The notes under the pieces were generated by a model, which was not told the DNA's origin, searched no databases, and saw only the letters and a list, made by a program, of their open reading frames with translations. The translations under genes were made by a program, and so were the position numbers. Shown here one piece after another: positions 1-9,276 of a DNA stretch of 63,881 bases (its first letter is position 1; every line of letters starts with the position of its first letter). Origin of the DNA: a virus (lineage: Duplodnaviria > Caudoviricetes); IMG/VR virus record IMGVR_UViG_3300017963_000283, positions 1 to 63,881 of that record, one strand, 5' to 3'.

Positions 1-42
1 CTCTTGCGCGAGATTCCGCACTTGGCAAGATAGGGGTTTGGC

Positions 43-489
43 ATGAATCCGGCAAAACCGACAGCGCTAAAGGTAATCGAGGGCAACAGGGGCAAGCGCA
101 AGCTGGAGCCGGAGAAGGAGCCGCAGCCGAAGTTGGGGTTGCCGCAGCCGCCGCGGTGGCTGTCCAAACTGGCCAAACAGGAGTGGCGCAAGCGGGGCAA
201 GCAGCTGCTGGAGCTTGGGCTGATGACGGAGTTGGACGAGGCGAACTTTGCTGCTTATTGCCAGGCTTATGCGGATCTGCAGGAGGCGCAGGCGATCATC
301 GACAAGGAAGGGGCTATCTGGGTATCTAAGAAGAGCGGATATGCGCAGGCGCATCCGGCGGTAGCTATGAAGCACAAGGCGATGGCGGATTTGCGCAAGT
401 TCTCGGCGCCGTTTGGCATGACACCAAGCGACAGGGCCGGCTTGCATGTGGAAAAGCCGAAACAGCGGCTGGAGGATTTGCTGAAGTAG
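43..489 (+). CDS. terS: Terminase small subunit (P27-like family)
   Basis: KPTALKVIEGNRGKRKL, PPRWLSKLAKQEW, AAYCQAYA, HPAV and FGMTPSDRA motifs; lies upstream of terL. Confidence 0.92.
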   Translation: MNPAKPTALKVIEGNRGKRKLEPEKEPQPKLGLPQPPRWLSKLAKQEWRKRGKQLLELGLMTELDEANFAAYCQAYADLQEAQAIIDKEGAIWVSKKSGYAQAHPAVAMKHKAMADLRKFSAPFGMTPSDRAGLHVEKPKQRLEDLLK

Positions 490-493
490 GGAA

Positions 494-739
494 TTGATTT
501 CCTGCCAGCTACGAAGCCAAGAGTGGGCCGGGTTTTTTAAGAAGATGTACGGTGATATAGACAAGGCAAAAGGCATACCAGTACCAGACTGGTTCATGAA
601 GCTGATTCGATCGAGTCCTGATTGGTTTTTGAGGTGGTTCTCGTCGAATTTCAACGTTGGATTAGACCTTATTGAGGTAGAGCCAAGAAATGGTTGGGTA
701 TGTAGAGAGCCTGTGAGGTTTCGCATCTCTATCCGCTGA
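494..739 (+). CDS. Hypothetical protein between terS and terL
   Basis: 81-aa ORF with TTG start filling the gap; no recognised motif. Confidence 0.4.
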   Translation: MISCQLRSQEWAGFFKKMYGDIDKAKGIPVPDWFMKLIRSSPDWFLRWFSSNFNVGLDLIEVEPRNGWVCREPVRFRISIR

Positions 740-807
740 GCTAGACCGTGGATTTGCGACGGTTTCCAGGTTGTCCGATAACAACCTGGGCTTTATTGAA
801 ATGGGTG

Positions 808-834
808 GGCGGTTCTTAGGAGCCGCCTTTTTTT
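808..834 (+). terminator. Terminator-like hairpin directly before the terL start
   Basis: GGCGGTTC-TTAG-GAGCCGCC followed by T7, then ATG at 835. Confidence 0.55.
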
Positions 835-2406
835 ATGTCTGAAATTTGCAAAGTCTGCGAAAAACAGCCTTGTGAGTGTACGAGGATTGAGAAGTGGTTT
901 GACAAGGCACTCAAGTTTCCCTTGGCTGGTTGGCAAAGGGACCATTTGAAAGCGTTATTTGAAACAAAGAAAAATGGTCGCAGACAGTTTAGGACTTCAT
1001 ATTGGGCGTTGCCGAAAAAAAATGGGAAATCAAGTATAGCTGCTGGCATAGCTCTTTACGGGCTTCTTGCGGACGAAGAACCACATTCCCATGTCTATTT
1101 GGCAGCGTCTACCAGAGACCAGGCAACGATTGTATTTCGTCACGCAAAGCAGTTGTTGGAATCCAGCGAATTGCTGAAAGAGCGATGCAAGGTCATTGAT
1201 TCCACTAAGACAATTATTGACAGAGAAAACCCGACATCGTTTTTGAGGGCAGTATCTGCGGATGCGGGTACACAAGATGGGGTTGAGCCGCACTTCTGCA
1301 TCTTTGATGAGGTTCACAGGCAGAAGGGTGAAGCGGGTCGGGACTTGTGGAGTGTACTGAAGAAAGGCCAGCACACGCGGCGCGAGCCGCTGATGTTTGC
1401 TATTACGACAGCGGGTGTAGCGAGTGAGACGCCGCTTTGTTGGGAGTTGCACGAGTACGCGCTAGGTGTGAAGAATGGGGTGTTCAAAGATCCTAGTTTT
1501 TATCCCGTGATTTATTCCTTGGATGAGGATGCAGATTGGACAGACGAAGACAACTGGCGTGATGTTAATCCTGCTGCTGGAGATATTGAAAAAGAAGCTG
1601 ATAAGTTCAAGAACATCCAGTCCATGCGCGAGGAGTTCGAGATTGCCAGGCGCAGCCCGGCGGCAGAGAACGCATTTAGGCGGTTTGAGTTGAATCAGTG
1701 GGTGGCACAGGAAACGCGCTGGATTCAGCTGGCGGAGTGGGACCAGGCCGATCTGTTTGACATGCACTCGCTGGTGGGGCGGCAGTGCTGGGCCGGGCTG
1801 GACTTGTCTACTACGACAGATGTGACGGCGCTGGTGCTGGTGTTCCCGTTTGACGACCATTTCTGTGTGCTGCCGTTTTTCTGGCTGCCGGAGGAGACGA
1901 TCAACGAGCGGACCATGCGCGAGTCGGTGCCGTACAGGAACTGGGCCAGGCAGGGGCTATTGGAACTGACGCCGGGAAATGCTATTGACTACCGCTACAT
2001 CTATCAGCACATCAAGGAATTGACGGAGCTGTACAACTTCAAGGAGATAGCCATCGACCCGTGGAATGCGACACAGGTGAGCATTGATCTCGAGAATGAG
2101 GGTTATACGGTGGTCCCGGTGCGGCAGGGATATGCCAGCATGACTACGCCAAGCCGGGCATTTGAGCGGGCGGTACTGGCGCACAAGATCCGGCACAACG
2201 GGCATCCGGTGCTGCGCTGGATGGTGGATTGTGTCAGCTTGAAACAAGATCCAACAGGCAATATCAAGCCGGTGAAGCCGGACAGGTTAAAGAGCAATAA
2301 ACGAATTGATGGTGTGGTGGCGCTGATTATGGGGTTGGACAGGACGATTCGGCATCAGGCCGAGGCTGGGTTTGTGTATGAGCGGCGGGGGCTGAGGAGC
2401 ATATGA
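835..2406 (+). CDS. terL: Terminase large subunit (Terminase_1 / HK97-like, cos-type)
   Basis: Walker A PKKNGKS, Walker B CIFDEVH, ITTAG, nuclease GLDLSTTTD and KRIDGVVAL. Confidence 0.97.
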   Translation: MSEICKVCEKQPCECTRIEKWFDKALKFPLAGWQRDHLKALFETKKNGRRQFRTSYWALPKKNGKSSIAAGIALYGLLADEEPHSHVYLAASTRDQATIVFRHAKQLLESSELLKERCKVIDSTKTIIDRENPTSFLRAVSADAGTQDGVEPHFCIFDEVHRQKGEAGRDLWSVLKKGQHTRREPLMFAITTAGVASETPLCWELHEYALGVKNGVFKDPSFYPVIYSLDEDADWTDEDNWRDVNPAAGDIEKEADKFKNIQSMREEFEIARRSPAAENAFRRFELNQWVAQETRWIQLAEWDQADLFDMHSLVGRQCWAGLDLSTTTDVTALVLVFPFDDHFCVLPFFWLPEETINERTMRESVPYRNWARQGLLELTPGNAIDYRYIYQHIKELTELYNFKEIAIDPWNATQVSIDLENEGYTVVPVRQGYASMTTPSRAFERAVLAHKIRHNGHPVLRWMVDCVSLKQDPTGNIKPVKPDRLKSNKRIDGVVALIMGLDRTIRHQAEAGFVYERRGLRSI

Positions 2407-5039
2407 ACCCGGCGGCACAAATTCGCTCAGAAATGCAATCTAAGTGGCCTGGAGCAACTGTATTCAAGCGCGGTAAGGGTTATTTGAAAATGGCTCATCC
2501 TTCTGTTGCTCGAAAGCGCAGTTTGGATACTCAGGTTGGAGCAAAGTACCACAAGGGTAATGGTCCCTGGACCGAAGCTGATGAAATAGACACTGCTTGG
2601 GTTGTTTCAAGCGGAGCGTGGGATTACGAGGTTACGAAAAACGACTTTTACTGCTATGTGCGCGATTCGGTTCCCGTGTCTTATCGTTACGTGGATGGAG
2701 TTACGTCTGGGGAGGTTGAACTTACGGTAGATCAGCCGCAATGGGTCAACGATGCTGGGGATAAAGAAAACCTTAGCATTTCGTTTTCTCAAGTTACTCC
2801 CAGCATCAATGATGACACCATACGCTGGAATGATATTGCTCCTGGCTGGGATATAGCGGTTCAGGCCCAAACAGCGCGACTGGCAAAGCGGGTCTATATT
2901 GAAAGTCTTGGTTCTCTTGGAGATGCTCCCACGGTTGGCGGTGTTGAGTATTTGTCTTTTCAACTGAAATTCCAAAAGACCTCTGGGTTGGATATTTGGA
3001 TTAACGGGGTTTTGTGGAACGAGAAGAACAACAATCCGCAGCAAACGGACGGCATTATAGAATTTAGAGATGCGTCGCAAAACGTGGTTTTTTCGTTTCA
3101 GGTTCCCTGGGCTGTCGATGCTGACGATTCTCAGCCTTCAGTGGTTCAGTATGTAAGAAACACAGGCAATCAACTATGGATAGAAGTGCGTGTTCCCTGG
3201 AGTTGGCTTCAGAGTGCGAATTATCCGATAGAAATTGATCCTACGATAGATGAACAGGTTGGGGCCAGTACCGACGATGCTTATGAAGACACAACCAGTG
3301 GAAGTGTGAATGTTACCGATACGAGAGTTCGTGCACCAGATAGTAATAGGGAGATGGCTGGTTTTCGTTGGACAACGGTAGATTTAGAATCCACAGATAC
3401 GATAGATGTGGCTTATTTTCAACTTCGTGTTTTTACTGATGCGGGTGATGATCCGTCGTGTGATTGGGAGGTAGAAAACGCCGATTCTCCCGCTACATTT
3501 TCCACTGCGTCCAATGATTTATCAAATAGGACTGTTTACGGGACTTCTGTTGCATGGGACGACACGAATATTATGACAGGTGGTGAAGGCTTTTATTCTA
3601 GTCCGTCTATCGTTTCCCTTATCGAGGCTGTTATTGCGGGGGCAAATTGGGATAACAATGATCCGATCGTGCTATTGGGTACATACAATGGGAGTTATAA
3701 CGGCGGTCCTCTTTCGTCGAGATCATACGACAACGACACCTCGCATGGAGCCAAGCTCCACATCGAATACACGGCGGGTGGCGGCGGCACACAGTATGAT
3801 GAAACAATTGCAGATAAGGCCGTCTTTTCTGATGCTACCTCAGCCATCCTGACCGGCACCATAGCACTAACAGATGCATATATAGCCGGTGAGACATGGG
3901 CCACAACTCTAGTAAACAGCCTCAGCACCACCGACTCGGCCAAGTTTGCAGAAACGCTGTCAACTCTACTGCAAGCTGCAGAATCGCTGGACGACAAAAC
4001 AGTGTTATCTGATTATCTGATAACTCAGTTGTCGGCCACTTCTACCCTGTTTGAAAAGATGGAAGTTGCTGATGCGCTGGCCACACAGCTATCAGGCAGT
4101 TCAGTTCTAGCAGAAAAGGCAATAGCTGCTGATGCGCTGGTGGCGCAACTATCCGGACTTATCAGTCAGAGTGACCTAGTCAAGTTTTCAGACCAGCTGG
4201 CCACCAGTTTGACGGGTGCTAGTGAAATATCAGATCAGGCCAAGTTCAGCGATGTGTGGGTGATTGAAACAGTCACAGCCATTGCGCTGAGTCTCAGTGA
4301 TGAGGCTAAGTTTGCAGATTCTATTTCTATGCTGTCCGATATGGTCTCTACGCTGCAGGATAAGGCGGTTATCAGCGATAGCTTGGCAACTGCTTTGCAA
4401 GGCGCACTCAAGACAACAGACAAGGCTGTCTTCGAGGAGCGGCTGCAGACCTACTTGACGGCTACGTTCAGCATCTCGGATACGGCTAAGTTTGGCGATA
4501 GCTTTGTCATAGATGTGGTGGCAGCTGGGGTTATTGAGGAAGCCATCTCGGAGAAGACCAGGCTGAGTGATTTATTTGTGACGGCTATGCAGGCGGCCAT
4601 GTCGTTGTCGGACAAGGCTGTCATGAGCGATGCTTTTAGTACCGTAATTGCTGCAGCGGGGCAGATTAGCGATTCCGTCAGCATGGGTGATAGTTTTAGC
4701 GCAGCGGCAACAAAGCGGCTGTCCATTACAAATACGGCTGTTTATAGTGATGTGTTGGATACGCAGCTGGTATCCAATATCAGCCTGCGGGAAGGTTTTG
4801 TATTAAGCGATGCTTGGGCAACTTACCTCAACGGCTCAGTGTCCTGGACTGAAGCTTTCACTGTTGGGGATAGTTTTGATGCTGCGACGCTGGGCGGAAC
4901 GGGGTTGCTGCTGGCCTCTATTCTACTGTCGGCATCGCTGGCTGCATCTGTGGCATCGTCGGCTTCTCTGGACATAACGGAAAAGTCTTTGGATGAGAGT
5001 CTAAAGGCGGGATTAAAGATAAATCGTAAAACGGTTTGA
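2403..5039 (+). CDS. Large putative virion fibre/decoration protein with C-terminal 20-aa repeats
   Basis: Beta-rich N-terminus ending YPIEIDPT, acidic carbohydrate-binding-like middle domain ending AKLHIEY, Gly linker, then repeats; overlaps the terL stop. Confidence 0.7.
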   Translation: MNPAAQIRSEMQSKWPGATVFKRGKGYLKMAHPSVARKRSLDTQVGAKYHKGNGPWTEADEIDTAWVVSSGAWDYEVTKNDFYCYVRDSVPVSYRYVDGVTSGEVELTVDQPQWVNDAGDKENLSISFSQVTPSINDDTIRWNDIAPGWDIAVQAQTARLAKRVYIESLGSLGDAPTVGGVEYLSFQLKFQKTSGLDIWINGVLWNEKNNNPQQTDGIIEFRDASQNVVFSFQVPWAVDADDSQPSVVQYVRNTGNQLWIEVRVPWSWLQSANYPIEIDPTIDEQVGASTDDAYEDTTSGSVNVTDTRVRAPDSNREMAGFRWTTVDLESTDTIDVAYFQLRVFTDAGDDPSCDWEVENADSPATFSTASNDLSNRTVYGTSVAWDDTNIMTGGEGFYSSPSIVSLIEAVIAGANWDNNDPIVLLGTYNGSYNGGPLSSRSYDNDTSHGAKLHIEYTAGGGGTQYDETIADKAVFSDATSAILTGTIALTDAYIAGETWATTLVNSLSTTDSAKFAETLSTLLQAAESLDDKTVLSDYLITQLSATSTLFEKMEVADALATQLSGSSVLAEKAIAADALVAQLSGLISQSDLVKFSDQLATSLTGASEISDQAKFSDVWVIETVTAIALSLSDEAKFADSISMLSDMVSTLQDKAVISDSLATALQGALKTTDKAVFEERLQTYLTATFSISDTAKFGDSFVIDVVAAGVIEEAISEKTRLSDLFVTAMQAAMSLSDKAVMSDAFSTVIAAAGQISDSVSMGDSFSAAATKRLSITNTAVYSDVLDTQLVSNISLREGFVLSDAWATYLNGSVSWTEAFTVGDSFDAATLGGTGLLLASILLSASLAASVASSASLDITEKSLDESLKAGLKINRKTV
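3796..4885 (+). repeat. About 18 degenerate 20-aa tandem repeats (consensus approx. xxSLSDKAxFSDxLATxL)
   Basis: e.g. TIADKAVFSD, STTDSAKFAE, SQSDLVKFSD, EISDQAKFSD, SLSDEAKFAD, SISDTAKFGD, SLSDKAVMSD. Confidence 0.85.
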
Positions 5040-5049
5040 GGGAAACAAG

Positions 5050-5625
5050 ATGAAACTGGGAAAGATGAAATCGAGTGTTAAACTCACAAGCCATCTGGAT
5101 GCAAGAGCCGGTATCAGCGAAGGGTTTAAGCCTCGTGGTCGCTGGTACATGGTTTGTCACCGGAAGAGTGAGGAGTTATGGCGTGAGCCGTGGAAAAACG
5201 TCATTGTTAATTCTGCGGTTAAGCATATGCTGAACCAGGCCATAGGAACGGGCGAGACACATATCACCGGTTGGTATATCGGCCTAATCGTCACGGGCGG
5301 AACGGTAGCTTCTGGTGATGCTCTGGAATCGCACGCAGGCTGGACCGAGATGACGGCTTACACTGGTGTTTCGAGACCGAAGTGGCAGCCGGATGCGGTG
5401 TCGGGCAAGACCATAGACAATTCAACCAACAAAGGTACGTTTTCCATTTCCGCTTCAACTTCTGTCGGCGGCGCCTTTATGTGCTCGCAGATAAGTGCTG
5501 GAGTTGAGTCTGCTACGGAGACGATGTGGGCGGCTGGAATGCTGGGAACGGAGCGCACGGGCCTGCAGGATGGAGATACGCTGACGGTCCAGGCTACCTT
5601 TAGCGGTGACGATGACGGAGCCTAA
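5050..5625 (+). CDS. Putative structural beta-sandwich protein (fibre subunit-like)
   Basis: NVIVNSA...WYIGL...WTEMTAYTG.SR...DGDTLTVQ pattern resembling small phage tail/fibre subunits; true start may be downstream. Confidence 0.6.
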   Translation: MKLGKMKSSVKLTSHLDARAGISEGFKPRGRWYMVCHRKSEELWREPWKNVIVNSAVKHMLNQAIGTGETHITGWYIGLIVTGGTVASGDALESHAGWTEMTAYTGVSRPKWQPDAVSGKTIDNSTNKGTFSISASTSVGGAFMCSQISAGVESATETMWAAGMLGTERTGLQDGDTLTVQATFSGDDDGA

Positions 5626-5627
5626 TC

Positions 5628-5945
5628 ATGGCGCTGGTCTACTGGAACCAAAACGATAATCTGCTGGAAATTGACGGTCTGACCAATGCTCGTACCGGGT
5701 CGTATGTGACAACCGGGACCATTACGGTCACGGTCAAGGATGCATCGGCGCTAACGAACATCTCGGGCCAGACCTGGCCGGCGAGTTTTGCGGAAACGGG
5801 TTCCAGCGGTGACTGGGTAGTGGTCCTGGATGACGGCATGGTTGTCACAGCAGGCCAGAAGCTGGTGGCACAAATAACGGCAAGTGCGGCTAGTTTGAAA
5901 GGCTACTGGGAAAGCGATGTCATCGTCAGGACAAGGAAGGCTTAA
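5628..5945 (+). CDS. Hypothetical structural protein (Ig/BppU-like beta fold)
   Basis: Beta-rich 105 aa with GGAG RBS; tightly packed in the module. Confidence 0.55.
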   Translation: MALVYWNQNDNLLEIDGLTNARTGSYVTTGTITVTVKDASALTNISGQTWPASFAETGSSGDWVVVLDDGMVVTAGQKLVAQITASAASLKGYWESDVIVRTRKA

Positions 5946-6296
5946 ATGGCTGTAGTTACAGTATCAAGCAGTAATTCGGTAGCAACTACCACCGGGGTTA
6001 GTGCGGCAACAATAACAATACCGGCACAGACGGGTTCACAGATCGCGCTTTACGGTGCGGTTTGCAGCTGGTCGGATTCACCATCAGCTGCTAATTTTGT
6101 GATTAGTGCGGCAACATCAGTTCTATTCAAGGCTTATTTTCAGGCCGTATCCGGTGCGAATGCAACTGAGGTTGCACCGGACACTGAAAGGTTGGATTTT
6201 GTGAACTGGCTTGCTCCGACATCTCAGGCGATTACGCTTAGGATGTCGAGTGGTGGTTGTTCGGCTGTGCTCAACGCCTGGTGGGGTTACGTCTAA
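5946..6296 (+). CDS. Hypothetical Ser/Thr-rich structural protein
   Basis: Starts right after the previous stop; S/T/A-rich, beta-type sequence. Confidence 0.55.
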   Translation: MAVVTVSSSNSVATTTGVSAATITIPAQTGSQIALYGAVCSWSDSPSAANFVISAATSVLFKAYFQAVSGANATEVAPDTERLDFVNWLAPTSQAITLRMSSGGCSAVLNAWWGYV

Positions 6297-6443
6297 GTGG
6301 GTGAAATAGACCGGTGGGATCTACTCGGTCTGTGCGGCCTGGGGTTGATACTCTGGGCCGCTTTTGGTTTGTGGGGCTTTTATGCTCTGCTCATTGGCGG
6401 TGCTGTACTACTCGGTGCGGCCATCTGGGGATCACTTAGATAA
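6297..6443 (+). CDS. Small 2-TM membrane protein preceding portal (48 aa, not in ORF track)
   Basis: MGEIDRWDLLGLCGLGLILWAAFGLWGFYALLIGGAVLLGAAIWGSLR; TAATG overlap with the portal start. Confidence 0.65.
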   Translation: MGEIDRWDLLGLCGLGLILWAAFGLWGFYALLIGGAVLLGAAIWGSLR

Positions 6444-8083
6444 TGGCTGGCATACTTAGAACAATATTGGGACGATCCAAGGGGCCGATAGACGACTATT
6501 GGTATCAGCCTTGGTTTTATGCGCAGAAGACGGCAGCCGGTGAACAGATGACGCCGCAGCTGGCAGAAACCATAGGGGCGGTGTTTGCCTGCAAGCGGCT
6601 GTTGTCGGAAGGCGTGGCAACGATCCCGTTGAATATCTACCGGCGCAGGTCCGACGGCGGCAAGACTCGAGCCGAGGACTTGCCGATTTACCGGTTGCTG
6701 CATGATGCGCCGAACGAGTTTCAGACCTCTACGGAGTTCCGGGAGTGGCTGCAGGGTGATGTAGTCATGCGGGGCCGAGCCTATGCTGAGATTGTACGGG
6801 ACCGAGGCCGGATTATATCTCTGCTGCCGCTGCAGTTTGACCGGGTGCGGCGCAAGTGGAAGGAAACTGCCGGGCTGTACTATGAGGTGATCGAGGATTC
6901 TGCCACCAGGTTTCTATCTCGTGAAGAGGTGTTTACTGTCGAGGCTTTCTGCGGTAAGGCGCCGATAGAACTAGCGCGGGAGAGTTTCGGTCTGGCACGG
7001 GCGCTGGAGTTGTATGGGGCCAGGTTTTTCGGCAACGATGCAACACCAAATGGGGCGATTCAGGTACCGGTTGAGTTGAGTGACAAGGCATATAAGAGAC
7101 TTAGGGAAGACTGGCAGCAGATGCACTCGGGCGAAAACCAGCATAAGGTTGGAATGTTAGAGGAGGGGGCAGAGTGGAAATCGATCGGGCTGCCGAATGA
7201 GCATGCACAGTTCCTGGAGAGTCGCAACTTTGAAGTCGAAGAAATAGCCAGGTGGTTTAATGTACCAGCGCATATGATCCAGCACGAGCCGTCGGCGCAG
7301 CCTCGAGCCAATGTGGAGCAGAAGTCACTTGAGTTTATTGTCTACTCCCTGCGTCCGTGGCTGGTGCGCTGGGAACAGGCTATCCAGCGCGATTTGCTGC
7401 AGGATACTCGGCTGTTTGCCGAGTTTACGGTTGAAGGGCTGCTGCGGGGTGATATTGAGACCAGATACAAGGCTTATTCGGTGGCCAGGCAGTGGGGCTG
7501 GATGTCGGAGAACGATGTCCGGCGCAAGGAGAACATGGATCCCATTGAGGGTGGTGATAATTACTTGGTGCCGCTGAATATGATCCCGATTTCACAGTTG
7601 GGTAGTCAGGCCGTAAACGAAGAGAATATGCGGCAGGCTTATCGAGTGGTGTTCGTTGATGCGATGAACAGAGTTGTAAAGAGGGAATTGGGTGATTTGC
7701 GCAGGCTGTTTGCGTCTGAGAGAAAGGTACCGCGGGAAAAGTTCCGAGCTGTGCTTGAGCGTTTTTACGGATCTTTTTCTAAAACGATTCCGGAATTGAT
7801 CCGGTTTGCTGTCGAATCTTACACGAAATCCATTTCAGACGTGACGGACCAGAAATTCAATGTCAACGAAATAGCTGGAGAATTTGCCCAAAAATACACG
7901 CTTGATTCAAAGCGGGAGTTGGTCGATTTAATTGACTCAAACGGAGATGATCCGAGGGAAAGCATTTTGAATCGGCTTGACCAGTGGGAACGTGCGGGAC
8001 GGGCCGCTTCTCTCGCTGAAAGCGAATTACAAAGATTATCTCGGGCTTTATTGCCCGGTAGTGAAAAGGAAACGGTTCAATGA
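6443..8083 (+). CDS. Portal protein, HK97 family, with C-terminal extension
   Basis: AVFAC..LLSEGVATIPL, PNEFQT, FFGNDATPNG, QFLESR..EEIARWFNVP, LLRGD..TRY, PLNM. Confidence 0.96.
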   Translation: MAGILRTILGRSKGPIDDYWYQPWFYAQKTAAGEQMTPQLAETIGAVFACKRLLSEGVATIPLNIYRRRSDGGKTRAEDLPIYRLLHDAPNEFQTSTEFREWLQGDVVMRGRAYAEIVRDRGRIISLLPLQFDRVRRKWKETAGLYYEVIEDSATRFLSREEVFTVEAFCGKAPIELARESFGLARALELYGARFFGNDATPNGAIQVPVELSDKAYKRLREDWQQMHSGENQHKVGMLEEGAEWKSIGLPNEHAQFLESRNFEVEEIARWFNVPAHMIQHEPSAQPRANVEQKSLEFIVYSLRPWLVRWEQAIQRDLLQDTRLFAEFTVEGLLRGDIETRYKAYSVARQWGWMSENDVRRKENMDPIEGGDNYLVPLNMIPISQLGSQAVNEENMRQAYRVVFVDAMNRVVKRELGDLRRLFASERKVPREKFRAVLERFYGSFSKTIPELIRFAVESYTKSISDVTDQKFNVNEIAGEFAQKYTLDSKRELVDLIDSNGDDPRESILNRLDQWERAGRAASLAESELQRLSRALLPGSEKETVQ

Positions 8084-9174
8084 AAAAGGAACTGAGAACT
8101 TTCGAAATGCAGGAACTTCGAGCGGTAGCCAAAGATGACGATAAAACGCCACGAATCACCGGTTATGCGGCTGTGTTCAATAAGTGGTCTGAGGACTTGG
8201 GCGGCTTCAAAGAAAAGATCTCACCGGGTGCTTTTCGGGAGACGCTCAAAACTGCGGATGTGCGAGCCTTATTCAATCATGACCCCAATTATGTGCTGGG
8301 GAGGACATCGGCTAAAACATTAAGCTTGGAAGAAAACAACACTGGGCTAAAAGTACAGATTACACCTCCGGGAACACAGTGGGCTGATGATTTGCTGGTG
8401 TCCATCAATCGCGGGGATATTTCGCAAATGTCGTTTGGTTTTCGGGTTATTGAAGATGATTGGCACGATAAGCCAAGTGGGATTCAGCGGGTCATTCAAG
8501 AGGTGGAATTGTTCGATGTATCACCGGTGACGTTTCCAGCTTATCCACAAACATCGGTCGCGCTTCGAGACATGATGAAAAGTGAGGGGCTGGATCTTGA
8601 GGCTCTAACAAGGGTAATGATCCGCCATGAGCGTGGAATGTCTATCAAGCCGGACGATATTGAGTTTCTGCAAAGAACGATGGGTTTTCTACGCGGCATC
8701 TATGAAGAGCGCGTGATACCCAAGGATGTGAGTCGGGATTTGGCGGATCGGGGCGAGAGTTGGGATAAGCTGCGGTTGCAGGACTTCACGGAGGAAAGCT
8801 GGGAGAACTTGAGCAATGCTGAGAAACGAAAAATAGCCGGTCATTTTGCTTTCTCGTTTTCAATGCCGCCCGAGACATTTGGTGATATGAAACTAGGGCA
8901 TCACAGGGCCTCAGACGGGGCTGTAGTCTGGCGCGGGGTGGCTGCTGCTTGGCAGCGTGCCGGTCAGGTACAAGGATTGTCCGACTCAGACTTGAATGGT
9001 ATTTATTCGCATTTAGCTTCTCACTATAAGCAGTTTGATGAGGAGCCACCTGATTTTAATAGTTTGGAGCCCGAAGGGCAGGAGCCTAGGGACCAGGGCG
9101 AGGCGCGGTTGCAGCTCGCCAAGCGCCGGGTAGAACTGGCGCGACTGCGCAAGGTGTGTGACTTGAAGGACTGA
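8080..9174 (+). CDS. Prohead protease (HK97/S78 family) with extra C-terminal domain
   Basis: ITGYAAVFN, ALFNHD, QMSFGF, LFDVSPVTFPAY. Confidence 0.95.
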   Translation: MKKELRTFEMQELRAVAKDDDKTPRITGYAAVFNKWSEDLGGFKEKISPGAFRETLKTADVRALFNHDPNYVLGRTSAKTLSLEENNTGLKVQITPPGTQWADDLLVSINRGDISQMSFGFRVIEDDWHDKPSGIQRVIQEVELFDVSPVTFPAYPQTSVALRDMMKSEGLDLEALTRVMIRHERGMSIKPDDIEFLQRTMGFLRGIYEERVIPKDVSRDLADRGESWDKLRLQDFTEESWENLSNAEKRKIAGHFAFSFSMPPETFGDMKLGHHRASDGAVVWRGVAAAWQRAGQVQGLSDSDLNGIYSHLASHYKQFDEEPPDFNSLEPEGQEPRDQGEARLQLAKRRVELARLRKVCDLKD

Positions 9175-9236
9175 CCCGTCACAGCCTTTAACCGTTTTTT
9201 ACGGTAATTCAGTCCATTAACAATTCTCGAAACAAG

Positions 9237-9258
9237 AGCCGCTGTAGAGCGGTTTTTT
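9237..9258 (+). terminator. Terminator-like hairpin upstream of the capsid gene
   Basis: AGCCGCT-GTAG-AGCGGTT followed by a T-run. Confidence 0.5.
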
Positions 9259-9276
9259 GTTTTAAGGAGAAAAGAT

